DNA of 62,435 nucleotides, counting the filler, from a bacterium (lineage in GTDB: Bacteria > JALSQH01): assembly GCA_027004335.1 (NCBI GenBank). It is 10 parts of 10 records of this genome, joined end to end, with 100 filler letters (N's around TTAATTAATTAA, not from the genome) between each part and the next. Parts side by side here need not be neighbours in the genome. Positions count along the whole stretch, not along the records: positions 34,986 to 40,831 come from JALTID010000255.1; positions 40,932 to 46,747 come from JALTID010000256.1; positions 46,848 to 48,707 come from JALTID010000257.1; positions 48,808 to 54,605 come from JALTID010000258.1; 6 more parts are not named here. The stretch is one strand, 5' to 3'. The position numbers and the translations under genes were made by a program. A model generated the notes under the pieces. The model saw only the letters and a list, made by a program, of their open reading frames with translations, did no database searches and was not told where the DNA came from. Below are positions 38,519 through 48,877 of this stretch, one piece after another (positions within the stretch are counted from its first letter, which is position 1; every line of letters starts with the position of its first letter).

Positions 38519-40831
38519 CCGGAAAATAGATATAATCCCTGCTTCGCAATCTTTGCTTGAAACAGTTTATGAAATAATCGCCCCGGAATTTGAAAAGTGG
38601 GAGATCGTCTTTCCCACAAGAAGGGCAGGTTATTTTCTGAAGAAAATAATTTCAGAAAAATTAGAAAAAACCTTTGTCCCACCAAAAACCACAGTTATTT
38701 CAGAGTGGATAGCCGGGAAAAGAGAGGAACTTATAGGAGAAAGAATTTATTACAATGACCTTGATGCTGTATCGGTTTTGAAGAAGATCATCCAGAGCCA
38801 GCCTGATCTGAAAGGGATCTTCTCCGGACATGTTGACTCGGAGATATACTGGTTGCTGGAAACATATAATGTCTTTGAGGAGTTTCAAAAACATGGGATT
38901 CGACCGGAAAATGTTCCACTCATCGCGGGCTCAGATTTTCCTGAGGTTGTGACGGAGCTATGGAAAAATTTACACAGAATCTACGAAAAATACCTTGATC
39001 TCATGGATAAAGAAAATTTAACCACAGAAGGACACGATTATTATATTCTTAATATGAACCTTGAAAAAATAAAATTCGGGAAAACAATTTTTGCAGGACT
39101 TTATGCCCCAGCAAAAGTTGAATTAAATATTTTAAAAAGAGCAGTGGAAGATGAGAATGCTATTCTTATTTTTCAGTGCCATGAAGAAGATGATGAAATA
39201 ATGAAGAATACATTTAATGAAATTGGAATAAAGGATGCTTGTCCCGATTCAGAGGAGAGCTTCCCAGAGAAGATTTACATTTACAGAGTTCCATCTAAAA
39301 GTTCTCAGATAAAAGTTGTTACCCATATCTTACAGAAAAAACTGAAAAAAACTCCATCCTGGAACCAGCTTGCAGTTGTGCTCCCGGATCCGGGGATCCT
39401 GATACCCCTCCTTCACGGAAGTATAAGCAGTTTCAAGGTGGATTTTAACATAACAATGGGATACCCTGTCACGAGGACATCATTATATTCCCTGATCAAA
39501 ACCTTACTTGATATATGGGGATCTTTTCCCCTGGATAAAGTGCACTATATGGATTTCATTTCTCTAATTTCTTCTCCTCTTATAAAAAATCTTCAGCTGG
39601 ATCCAGCTGAAGGAGAAGTCGCCACAAGAATCTTTATGCAGAGGCTCAGAGAAAAAATTGTTGAAGAAAATTACATACTGCTCAACCCCGTGGAATTTGT
39701 AAGAAGCTTCAATGACGAAAAAAAAGAATTCTCTCCCGATCTAAAGGAAAAAGTTATCGCCATGTTTTCTCTGTTATTTTTCATGGAAAATGAAGAAAAC
39801 ACCAGACCTGAAGAAATTTCATTAAAAGAACTAAGCGAGATTCTTGTGAAAATTTTGATGAGGATCTACAGGGAAACATCATACCAGAAATATCTCTTCA
39901 GTGTTGAACACATAACCGGCATAATTGACTCACTGGAATCTGTTTCTTCAACCCGGCTTTCAGATGAGAAATTTCCAGTAAAGACTACCATCAGATTGGT
40001 TACAAAAGCACTGGAAGAATCAACCATTCCATTTACAGGGTCACCGGTAAAAGGGTTACAAATAATGGGCATGTTAGAGACAAGGACACTGAATTTTGAC
40101 ACCAGCGTGATTTTAGATGTGAATGAGGAAGTTGTTCCTCCTCTTCTCTCCTCTTCGCCTCTCCTCCCAGCTTATGTAAGAAAACTTTTGGGAATCTCCG
40201 GGAGGCTTGATCCTTTTATCTTTCACGATCTCATAAATCGTCATCACTTTTATACCCTTCTAAGAGGCAGCAGAGAAGTTCACCTTATCACCGTTGATAA
40301 TGATGTAACAATTCCCAGTCGTTATATTGAAGAACTCTTCCTGAAAGAAAAAGAAAAAATTGAGGAAAACACTTATCTCCCTCCTGTAAAAATAGATATA
40401 CCTTCTCAAAAAGAAAAACCATGTGTCAATAAGGACCCCTCAATTAAAAAAATTTTCACTTCACAGCCTGTTTCACCATCTTTGCTGGATACCTATATCC
40501 ACTGCCCACTTAAGTTTTACTACTCATACATTCTTAGGCTGGAAGAAACAGAAGTAGGAGATGAAAAGGATAAGTACAAAAATACGGGACAACTTGTGCA
40601 TAAGGTTCTTGAGAAACTTTACAGAAAGGTACTTGTAAATTCAAAGGTCCCCATGGATGAAAAAACTAAGGCAAAAGCTATTGATGCCATTGATGATACA
40701 ATAAAAGAAGTCATAGAGGATTTCTATCCAGAATCCAAGGGACTTTTCAATTCCCGGGCAGTTATTCTTCAGGAAGTAACAAGGATAAAGCTCCGCAGTT
40801 TTATTGAAGAAGATTTTCAACATAATAAAGG
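38505..40831 (+). CDS. addB: AddB-like PD-(D/E)XK nuclease subunit (3' truncated)
   Basis: VFPTRRA, NITMGYP, GLQIMGMLETR, SPSLLDTYIHCPLKFYY; overlaps addA end. Confidence 0.8.
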
Positions 40832-40931
40832 NNNNNNNNNNNNNNNNNNNNNNNNNNNNNNNNNNNNNNNNNNNNTTAATTAATTAANNNNNNNNNNNNN
40901 NNNNNNNNNNNNNNNNNNNNNNNNNNNNNNN

Positions 40932-41235
40932 AGCATCTCTTGAAATTGATGTGCTATTGAAAATAGGTGTTGCAGCCCTTATACTTGTTACAGTAAGAGC
41001 CATTCTTCTATTTTCATCAACTTACTTCTCTACCCTGAAAGTGGATACTTTAAAATATACTCTTTTCACAGGCTTTATACCACAGGCAGGGGTAAGCATA
41101 GGGCTGGCCGTAATTTTGAAAAGCTATTTTCCGCAATTTGCCATCCTTGGTGACCTGATCGTGGCATCAGCAGTGCTCAACGAAATTGCAGGACCTTTCT
41201 TCTTCAAATGGGGAATAATAAAATCACAATTATAA
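40932..41235 (+). CDS. Cation:proton antiporter, C-terminal part
   Basis: PQAGVSIGLA and NEIAGP motifs. Confidence 0.75.
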
Positions 41236-42927
41236 AATGTCCTCTATTACCAGCTCTACAGCTGGAGTAGAGAATCTGTTAATGGACGGGAAATAGATAA
41301 AACTCCTCTCTGTACCTTCCGTGGGAACTTCATTATTCCAGTTAAATGCAATGGCTGAGATAGAAGATTTACCTTTACTTAAAACAAATTTCAAATGAGT
41401 ATTCTGACCGACAAAATATCTTTTGCTTATCACAACATTCTCTGTTTTAAAAAGCGGTACCGGATTCCCCTCTCCGTATGGTTCAAGTAGTTCAAGAGCC
41501 TCTACATCCTTTAAAGTTAGCTCAGAAAGAGTAACATCAGCATCGTAGTAAAGAGGGGGTGGGGATAGAGGATGTTTCATAACATACTCTTCAAAGGCTG
41601 AGACAAGTTTGGGTATCCTATCCTCTTCAATGGTAAGACCTGCTGCCAGACTATGCCCCCCGTAGCTGAGAAAGAGATCATTTATCGCATCAAGCGTTTT
41701 AAAAAGATGAAAACCAGGAGGGGTCCTGCCAGAACCTACTGTGGTACCGTCTTCCTTTTTACCGAGTATAAAAGTTGGTTTCCCAAATTTTTCACTCAAC
41801 TTTGCAGCAACAAGTCCGATTATTCCAGGATGCCATGAAGGATTATAGAGGATCAGAGAATTTCTATCCTTTAAATCCTTTTCTTCCATCATCTTAAGTG
41901 CTTCCTTCTCCGTAAGTCTCTGTAATTCCTGTCTTTCCCTGTTTCTCTTCTCAAGTTCCCTTGCTATTTTTATTGCTTCAACCTCCGAATTTGTGATCAA
42001 CAATCTGAGGGGGAGAGAAGAATCACCCAATCTTGCAGAAGCGTTTATCCTCGGTGCAATAACAAAAGAAACGGTAAAGGGGGTAATCTTATCTTCTATC
42101 TCAGCTATTTCTTTAAGAGCTACAAGACCTGGTCGGGTAGTGTTATTTAAAACCTCTAGACCAACACTGGTAAAAACTCTATTCACCCCTCTCAGTGGAA
42201 CAACATCAGCAAATGTACCTATGGCAACAAGATCAAGATATTTCTTTAAATTAGGTTCCCTGATCTTTTTAAAGTAACCAATATTTCTTAAATACTTTCT
42301 TAAAGCAATAATAAGATAGAAAGCAACACCAACACCAGCCAGCTCATGAAATGGAAATGAACAGCCTTTCCTCTTGGGATTTATAAAAACATCAATGGAC
42401 TCGCCGCTTTCAGGAACATCATGATGATCTGTAACAATCACATCTACACCTGACGAAATCGCGAATTTTATCTTGTCTATATCAGAAGATCCACAATCTA
42501 CAGTTATTATAAGTTTTACTCCCTCGGAAAGGAATTTTTTTATCGCCTCCACAGATAGACCGTACCCTTCACCAATTCTGCTGGGAAGGTAAACAGAAAT
42601 TCTCTCATAACCAATTTCTTTGAAGAAATTATACAAAACTGCAGTACTTGTAATTCCATCCACATCGTAGTCACCATGGATACCTATTTTTTCACCTCTC
42701 CTTATAGCATCCCATATTCTTTTCACACTTTTATTCATGTCTCTGAAAAGAAAAGGGTCAGGAATATCTTTCAGGGAAGGATGTAAAAAAGAAAAAACAT
42801 AATCTGGATCAGAAAAACCTCTACCGGCTAGGATTTTTGCAAGAAGAGGGGAAATATTTAATTTTTTACTGAGAGACCCTGCTACGGCAGGAGTAAATTC
42901 CCTTCCAACCCATTTTTTTTTGCTCAA
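41230..42927 (-). CDS. recJ: ssDNA exonuclease RecJ
   Basis: GDYDVDG, TVDCG, TDHH, APRINA, GSGR, GGH. Confidence 0.95.
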   Translation of the reverse strand: MSKKKWVGREFTPAVAGSLSKKLNISPLLAKILAGRGFSDPDYVFSFLHPSLKDIPDPFLFRDMNKSVKRIWDAIRRGEKIGIHGDYDVDGITSTAVLYNFFKEIGYERISVYLPSRIGEGYGLSVEAIKKFLSEGVKLIITVDCGSSDIDKIKFAISSGVDVIVTDHHDVPESGESIDVFINPKRKGCSFPFHELAGVGVAFYLIIALRKYLRNIGYFKKIREPNLKKYLDLVAIGTFADVVPLRGVNRVFTSVGLEVLNNTTRPGLVALKEIAEIEDKITPFTVSFVIAPRINASARLGDSSLPLRLLITNSEVEAIKIARELEKRNRERQELQRLTEKEALKMMEEKDLKDRNSLILYNPSWHPGIIGLVAAKLSEKFGKPTFILGKKEDGTTVGSGRTPPGFHLFKTLDAINDLFLSYGGHSLAAGLTIEEDRIPKLVSAFEEYVMKHPLSPPPLYYDADVTLSELTLKDVEALELLEPYGEGNPVPLFKTENVVISKRYFVGQNTHLKFVLSKGKSSISAIAFNWNNEVPTEGTERSFIYFPSINRFSTPAVELVIEDIL

Positions 42928-43865
42928 GCCCTTGCCCTTGCTTTCTTTTTAGTTCTCTTTTTTGTATAATTCTCCCATGCCAGAACAAGAGGACTGGCGA
43001 CAAAAATTGAGGAATATGTACCTATTATAATCCCAATAAAAAGTGCAAGAGCGAAGTTTCTAATGATATCTCCACCAAGAACAAGTAGTGCAAGAACAAC
43101 TAAAAGTGTGGTAAAGGATGTAAGAACTGTCCTTGAAAGAGTCTCACTTATACTTATGTCCATGATTTCAGAGAGGTTTTTGGATTTTTCCTTGAGCTTC
43201 CTCATATTTTCCCTTATTCTATCAAACACAACGATTGTATCATTGAGAGAATAACCAACTATGGTGAGTAGGGCAGCAATAGTATCAAGAGTGAATTCCC
43301 TGTGCATAAGATTCATTGTCCCGGCAGTTATGGTAACATCATGCACAAGTGCAAGAACTGCTCCCACAGCAAAGCTGAACTCAAATCTGAAGGCGATGTA
43401 AATCAATATCCCAATTAACGCAAAAATTATTGCTTCAATCCCCTTTTTCCTTAATTCACTTCCAACTTTTGGTCCAATAGTTTCCTCTCTAATAATCTTG
43501 AACGAGCCCTCTCCAAATCTCTTTGCCAGAGCACCTTTTATCACATCACTAACACCACCTTTTAATTTTGAAGAAGTTTTCTCAACTCTAACCAGATAGG
43601 CATTGCTACCCATTTCCCCAAACCTCTGGATTACAACATCTCCAAGCTTAAGAGACTCCACAGTTTTTCTCAATTTATGTATTCTTACAGGTTTATTAAA
43701 CTTTATATGGAGCTCTGTTCCACCTAGAAAATCAATACCAAAATTAATTCCAAAAAAGAAAGAAATTATGGAAATTGTGAAAAGGGTACCAGAGAAGAGA
43801 TAGGCGAACTTTCTATAGTTTAAAAATCGTACCAGAGTTCCGGGCTTGATAAATTCTAAAGGCAT
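42924..43865 (-). CDS. secF: Protein translocase subunit SecF
   Basis: GIDFLGGT, GYSLNDTIVVFDRIRE, GTYSSIF; GAGG RBS before ATG 43865. Confidence 0.96.
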   Translation of the reverse strand: MPLEFIKPGTLVRFLNYRKFAYLFSGTLFTISIISFFFGINFGIDFLGGTELHIKFNKPVRIHKLRKTVESLKLGDVVIQRFGEMGSNAYLVRVEKTSSKLKGGVSDVIKGALAKRFGEGSFKIIREETIGPKVGSELRKKGIEAIIFALIGILIYIAFRFEFSFAVGAVLALVHDVTITAGTMNLMHREFTLDTIAALLTIVGYSLNDTIVVFDRIRENMRKLKEKSKNLSEIMDISISETLSRTVLTSFTTLLVVLALLVLGGDIIRNFALALFIGIIIGTYSSIFVASPLVLAWENYTKKRTKKKARARA

Positions 43866-43881
43866 CTTATCCTCCTCTAAT

Positions 43882-45534
43882 CTAAATACTGATGGTCTGA
43901 GGCGAAGCTCTTTTCTCAAGTATAAACTCCTGTACAGCTCTCGTAACAAAGATCGCAGTGTACATTGATGTAATAATGCCTATGGACAAGGTAACAGCAA
44001 ATCCTTTCACTGGCCCCGAACCAAACTGAAAAAGCACCAAAGCTGCAATCAAAGTTGTAACATTAGCATCAAGAATTGTTATCACAGCTCTACTATAACC
44101 TGCATCAATAGCCGCTCTGGGGGTTTTACCATTCCTCAACTCTTCTCTAATTCTTTCAAAAATGATTATATTAGCATCAACTGCCATACCTATTGTTAAA
44201 ACAACACCTGCAAGACCTGGAAGAGTGAGAGTTGCCTGAAAAGCAGCAAGAATGGCGACCATGAAAATTAAATTTAACATTAGAGCAAGGTCAGCGATGA
44301 GTCCGCTGATCCCGTAGTAAAGCCACATAAAGCCCACAACCAGAACGCCTCCAACAATTATTGCCCAGATACCCCTGTGAATTGAGTCCTCCCCAAGTGA
44401 GGGACCAACAGTCCATTTCTGGAGGATTTTTACAGGAGCGGGCAGCGCACCAGCTCTCAATACAATTGCCAGCTCCCTTGCTTCATCCCATGTAAAATTA
44501 CCAGTAATCTGAGCTCTTCCGCCGGGGATTCTTTCTCTGATAACAGGCGCTGAATAAACCGTATTATCAAGAACAATGGCGAGCCTTTTGCCTACATATT
44601 CACCTGTTATCTCCGCAAAAAGATGGGCGCCATCGGAGTTAAGCTCAATAGCTACATAGGGTTCATGAAATTGGTAATCTTCTCTTACTCTGGCATCTGT
44701 AATCGTATCTCCTGTTAACAGTGGAGTTTTCTTAAGAAGAATAGGGATTTTGGTTACATAACCTGTATCTCTATCAACACTTCTCTGATACAGCACTTCA
44801 TCATCTGAAGGAATTTTCCCTGCAAGTAGCTTATTCAAAATAACAGGATCATCCTTGGCTTTGGGATTTTCTTTAACAATATCTTCCACCAATTTTTGAG
44901 GATTTATTTTTTTCATATTCTCATCATCAACAAGCTTGAACTCCAGTCGTGCTGTTCTTCCAATAAGGTTTATCGCCTGCTGGGGATTCTTTATACCTGG
45001 TAACTGAACCACAACTCTATCAGTTCCCTGCCTCTGTATGGAGGGTTCAGCAACCCCGAACTGGTCAATTCTGTTCCTTATTGTCTCAAGGCTCTGGGTC
45101 ACTGCATTGTTCTTTATCTCACTTATCTCTTTTTCTGAAAGTGTAGCAATCAAAGTAAACTGGCCATCTTTAATTTTTGTATCTACAACTTTCATCTTCA
45201 CATCCGAAATCTTTGCTTTCAGCAGATCAGATTTTTCAAGTGGTACTGTCAGAGCGATTTTCATCCCTGGCAGGATAGTGGATTTTAGGTCAGCTATATC
45301 GCTCTTCAAACGCTGAGCTCTGTTTTCTAGCGTGGTTTCCACTGCCTTATCAGCCTCTACTTCCAATACAAGATACATACCGCCTCTCAGATCCAGCCCC
45401 AGATTAACCTTCTGGCCGGGTAAAACTCCCTTCCACCATGAAGGAACACCGCTGAAAGATGGGAGGATAAAGATAAAAGATAGAAGAAGAAGTATCCCAA
45501 GAATAAGAAACTGGGTTTTGGGATTGATTTTCAT
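43882..45534 (-). CDS. secD: Protein translocase subunit SecD
   Basis: LGLDLRGG, RIDQFGVAEP, LRAGALPAP, GMAVDANIIIFERIRE. Confidence 0.97.
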   Translation of the reverse strand: MKINPKTQFLILGILLLLSFIFILPSFSGVPSWWKGVLPGQKVNLGLDLRGGMYLVLEVEADKAVETTLENRAQRLKSDIADLKSTILPGMKIALTVPLEKSDLLKAKISDVKMKVVDTKIKDGQFTLIATLSEKEISEIKNNAVTQSLETIRNRIDQFGVAEPSIQRQGTDRVVVQLPGIKNPQQAINLIGRTARLEFKLVDDENMKKINPQKLVEDIVKENPKAKDDPVILNKLLAGKIPSDDEVLYQRSVDRDTGYVTKIPILLKKTPLLTGDTITDARVREDYQFHEPYVAIELNSDGAHLFAEITGEYVGKRLAIVLDNTVYSAPVIRERIPGGRAQITGNFTWDEARELAIVLRAGALPAPVKILQKWTVGPSLGEDSIHRGIWAIIVGGVLVVGFMWLYYGISGLIADLALMLNLIFMVAILAAFQATLTLPGLAGVVLTIGMAVDANIIIFERIREELRNGKTPRAAIDAGYSRAVITILDANVTTLIAALVLFQFGSGPVKGFAVTLSIGIITSMYTAIFVTRAVQEFILEKRASPQTISI

Positions 45535-45552
45535 TTTCCACCACCTTTTTCT

Positions 45553-45885
45553 TTACTTTGCACTTTCACCTGAAGAGAATTTGTTCGCGATATAAGATTT
45601 TACCACTTTAATCTTAACACCATCAGCAATCTGAAGAGTAATTGTATCATCAGCGATTCCCGTTACAGTACCGACTACCCCACCAGCAGTAATTACTCTA
45701 TCACCTTTTTTTAGACTCTTTATCATCTCTCTATGTTTCTTGGCCTGCTTTTGTTGCGGCATGATAAGAAGAAAATAAAATATAGCAAAAAGAATTAGGA
45801 GCATTATAAGACTGCCAGCAGCTCCTCCTCCCTTAGCTGGCTGCGCCGCCGCCCATAAATCCTTTGCTGCCAAAATATTAAACAT
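45553..45885 (-). CDS. yajC: Preprotein translocase subunit YajC
   Basis: FYFLLIMPQQKQ, GDRVITAGG; GGAGG RBS before ATG 45885. Confidence 0.93.
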   Translation of the reverse strand: MFNILAAKDLWAAAQPAKGGGAAGSLIMLLILFAIFYFLLIMPQQKQAKKHREMIKSLKKGDRVITAGGVVGTVTGIADDTITLQIADGVKIKVVKSYIANKFSSGESAK

Positions 45886-46024
45886 CCATTCCTCCAGAGT
45901 CCTCAGCTTTGACAATAAGTATATTAAATTTTACTATAATTCGCAAATGGAAAATAGACCCTTTCAAGCTGATGAAGATTAAATCAAAAAGAGCATTGAG
46001 TTTAATAACAAAAAATCTCTTTCT

Positions 46025-46262
46025 TTAACACCCAAATCCTCTCCGTTTTGTGACATCCCTTCCAGTAATTGTCATCGCAAGGCCACCCATTGCTGTTTCC
46101 TTATATATCTTACTCATATTATTACCAATCCCTTCCATTGCTCTTACTACTTCACTTGCTGATACAATGCTCTCAATTCCACTCAATGCCATGGAAGAAG
46201 CTACAATTGCCAAGAAGATTCTCAAAAAGTTCTTCTTCTGGAAGCACCAGAAAGTTAAACAT
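46025..46262 (-). pseudogene. sdaA: Remnant of L-serine dehydratase alpha subunit
   Basis: MALSGIESIV...EVVRAM...KETAMGGLA matches the SdaA C-terminus; RBS+ATG at 46262 is in a different frame. Confidence 0.7.
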
Positions 46263-46567
46263 ATTTCACCTCAACTCATTTTTGTTACTATTTTCCTTTA
46301 TCAATAAAATATTTTACATTATTTTCTATCTTACAGGAAACTAAAGAAGCAGTGAGACTTTTTAAAATACTAAACGCCCCTATTCTGGAGAATAAACATG
46401 AAGCATTTCAGTTATCTGAGGATGTAATTCTTGTAGATATGAAAAGGAAATGTTCCCCGGAGGATCCTGACGTAGAAGTTTCTCTCTGGTATGGGGCGTG
46501 GGGAGTCTGATGGGTCAGAGGGGCAGGCAGCTTCTTCGTAATTGCTCTGATTCTCGACAATAATTTA

Positions 46568-46747
46568 GGGAAGGGCCCGGTACATAAGCCGGATTCTGTT
46601 ACCTGCCGGACTTGCATCCAAAACAGGATCTGGTCATTTATCTAATGCGATCAACCCGAAACCGCTCTCAAAGCGCACAAGCGCTCCAAAAACGAGGCGG
46701 ACAACCTCCCGTTCCCTATTTGATCTTGCTCCGAAAGGGGTTTACCG
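46568..46747 (-). ncRNA. rnpB: RNase P RNA, 3' half (5' part lost at contig end)
   Basis: GGTAAACCCC...GGAGCAAG..AAATAGG, TAGATAAATGA and AACAGAATCCGGCTTAT conserved blocks. Confidence 0.95.
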
Positions 46748-46847
46748 NNNNNNNNNNNNNNNNNNNNNNNNNNNNNNNNNNNNNNNNNNNNTTAATTAAT
46801 TAANNNNNNNNNNNNNNNNNNNNNNNNNNNNNNNNNNNNNNNNNNNN

Positions 46848-47206
46848 CTGGTAAACTTAAGTTGATTTATAGAGTTTATCTCTTTATTCAGCTCATCATT
46901 TGTTAAAGAATCTTCAACTAAAATAGCTACTCCTGTTGGATGATAAAATTTTTCCTTATGCCGAAAAAGCACTATTTCCTGTCCTATATCTAACTTATTT
47001 TGATTACCAATTGACACAAGCTTCATAGGCGGTGCCGAAGCCTCGGCAAGTTGAATTTTTGCTTCCTCACTTAAATGGGGACATTTATTTACAGAAACCC
47101 TTTTTGCTGCTACCTGCATGGCAAAAGCCATGCAGGTAGGGAAATTACAATCCCCACAATTAGTTCTAGGTAAAAGTTTATAGATTTGTAATCCATTTAA
47201 AGCCAT
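46848..47206 (-). CDS. acsC: Corrinoid iron-sulfur protein large subunit, N-terminal part
   Basis: IYKLLPRTNCGDCNFPTCMAFAM...CP; VLFRH. Confidence 0.92.
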
Positions 47207-47223
47207 TTACTTCCTCCTTAATC

Positions 47224-48707
47224 TTATATCATAGGTTCCATAGAAAGAGCAGGATGATTTTTTTTCTTCAAGAATTCCAAAAGCTCCTCTGAAGTATTAG
47301 CATCATTTTCTGTAGCTATTTTTTCCATAAGATCAGGCTCTCCAATTTCTTCCAGCCTTTTCTCTAATCTCTCTCTTATCTCTTCCTTAAGCTCATTCGG
47401 CATCCAAACTATTCTCTTTGTTCCCCCATCAGCAGAGATAAACTTTTTACTCGTAATATAAATTTTACCAATCCCTATAATTCCTGGAGTCTGTATTCCT
47501 CCCCCTACCTGGCCAGCCATAGTACTAAAAGGCATCCCTATGGGAGTCATTCCTGTAAATTCCCGGTTAACAATCATAACTCCGTTGGTCTCTGGGAGAA
47601 CCGCAACAATGCACTCAAAGCACCCGCATGAAGTCATCGGGTTCTCTATCATAGAATAGGCACTAAATCTTTCCAGATTTCCATGAGATTTTACCTTGAG
47701 ATATTCATTTACTCCTTCCCATTCTCCTTTAATTGGATCTAAACATTTACCTTTTGGTACCGGTTCATTAGGTCCACGAGGGTTCAACTCATGTGATGCT
47801 TTACAATCAAGCCAGGTGTAGGCACCACAAAGACCTAATCTCTCAGGAGTTACAATACATACATGGTCCGGTGCATAGGACTGGCATAAAATACAACTAT
47901 AGTAAGTATCAACATCTTCATCAGTCATTCCACCTATTCTCTCATCCCTTTCATGATAAACCTTTTTAGCCTCCTCTAAAGGCTTTTTCATTTTTTCTTC
48001 ATCAGTAATAAGCGTAACCTGAACTTTATCTACAATTTTTGAATACTCATCATGGATTTTAGCTATCAGTAGTTTCCCAAAATGTTCTAATCTAAACCCC
48101 TTCTGGTAAGCCTCTTTACTTATTCTTATCCAGGCAATAGCCCTTTGACCCATATGGAATAGCCCATTGGCATAGGATATAAATTCATGGATTCTGCGCT
48201 CAACAACAGTTTCAAAATCTTCACTGAAATTTCTTCCGGCAACATCCACTAAAATCCCCAAGTTCATAGCTGCTCCTTCTTTGACTGAGTCAATGCCAGG
48301 ACCAATTACCTCTATTTTACCGTCTTCTACCTCGTTCATAGACTTTCCTCTTAAAAATTCAAATGCTACGCTCCGCTTTCCACCAAACTCAACCTGGAAC
48401 TGCCCTTTTCTCACTCTTTCTCCTTCAAATCCTGCTCCAAAAGGAACAGGAATAGGAACCTCAGTTACTTTTATTTCAAGACCTCTTGTCTCAATAGCTC
48501 TGTTAACTATCTTATCAAGAGGAACACCAGAGATAACATGTTCATAGGTACAAATCCCTGTAGGTAAAATCTGGGGAATATCAACATCGGATATAGTGGG
48601 AAAACCAAAATTAATAGCTCCAGCCGCTGCCGCATATTTTTCATCAGTAATAAGTTGATCACTTCCGTTTACTTCTGGATCAGACCCGAGGGCAAGAACA
48701 AAAGCGT
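47224..48707 (-). CDS. acsB: Acetyl-CoA synthase, C-terminal part
   Basis: Frame open to contig edge (GAINFGFP, GFEGERVRK); YSCILCQSYAP, PERLGLCGA, PMTSCGCFEC. Confidence 0.95.
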
Positions 48708-48877
48708 NNNNNNNNNNNNNNNNNNNNNNNNNNNNNNNNNNNNNNNNNNNNTTAATTAATTAANNNNNNNNNNNNNNNNNNNNNNNNNNNNNNNNNNNNN
48801 NNNNNNNCGTTTAAATTCTTGACTTTTCCTTATTAAGTAAGAAAATATAATGATAACCAGAGAAGGAGTGTATTTAA

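Noticed and set aside
43866..43949. N-terminal extension of secF
   Set aside because: Overlaps secD; a better RBS and ATG lie at 43865
46408..46803. ORFs 46408-46617 and 46612-46803
   Set aside because: Overlap the RNase P RNA; no protein motifs
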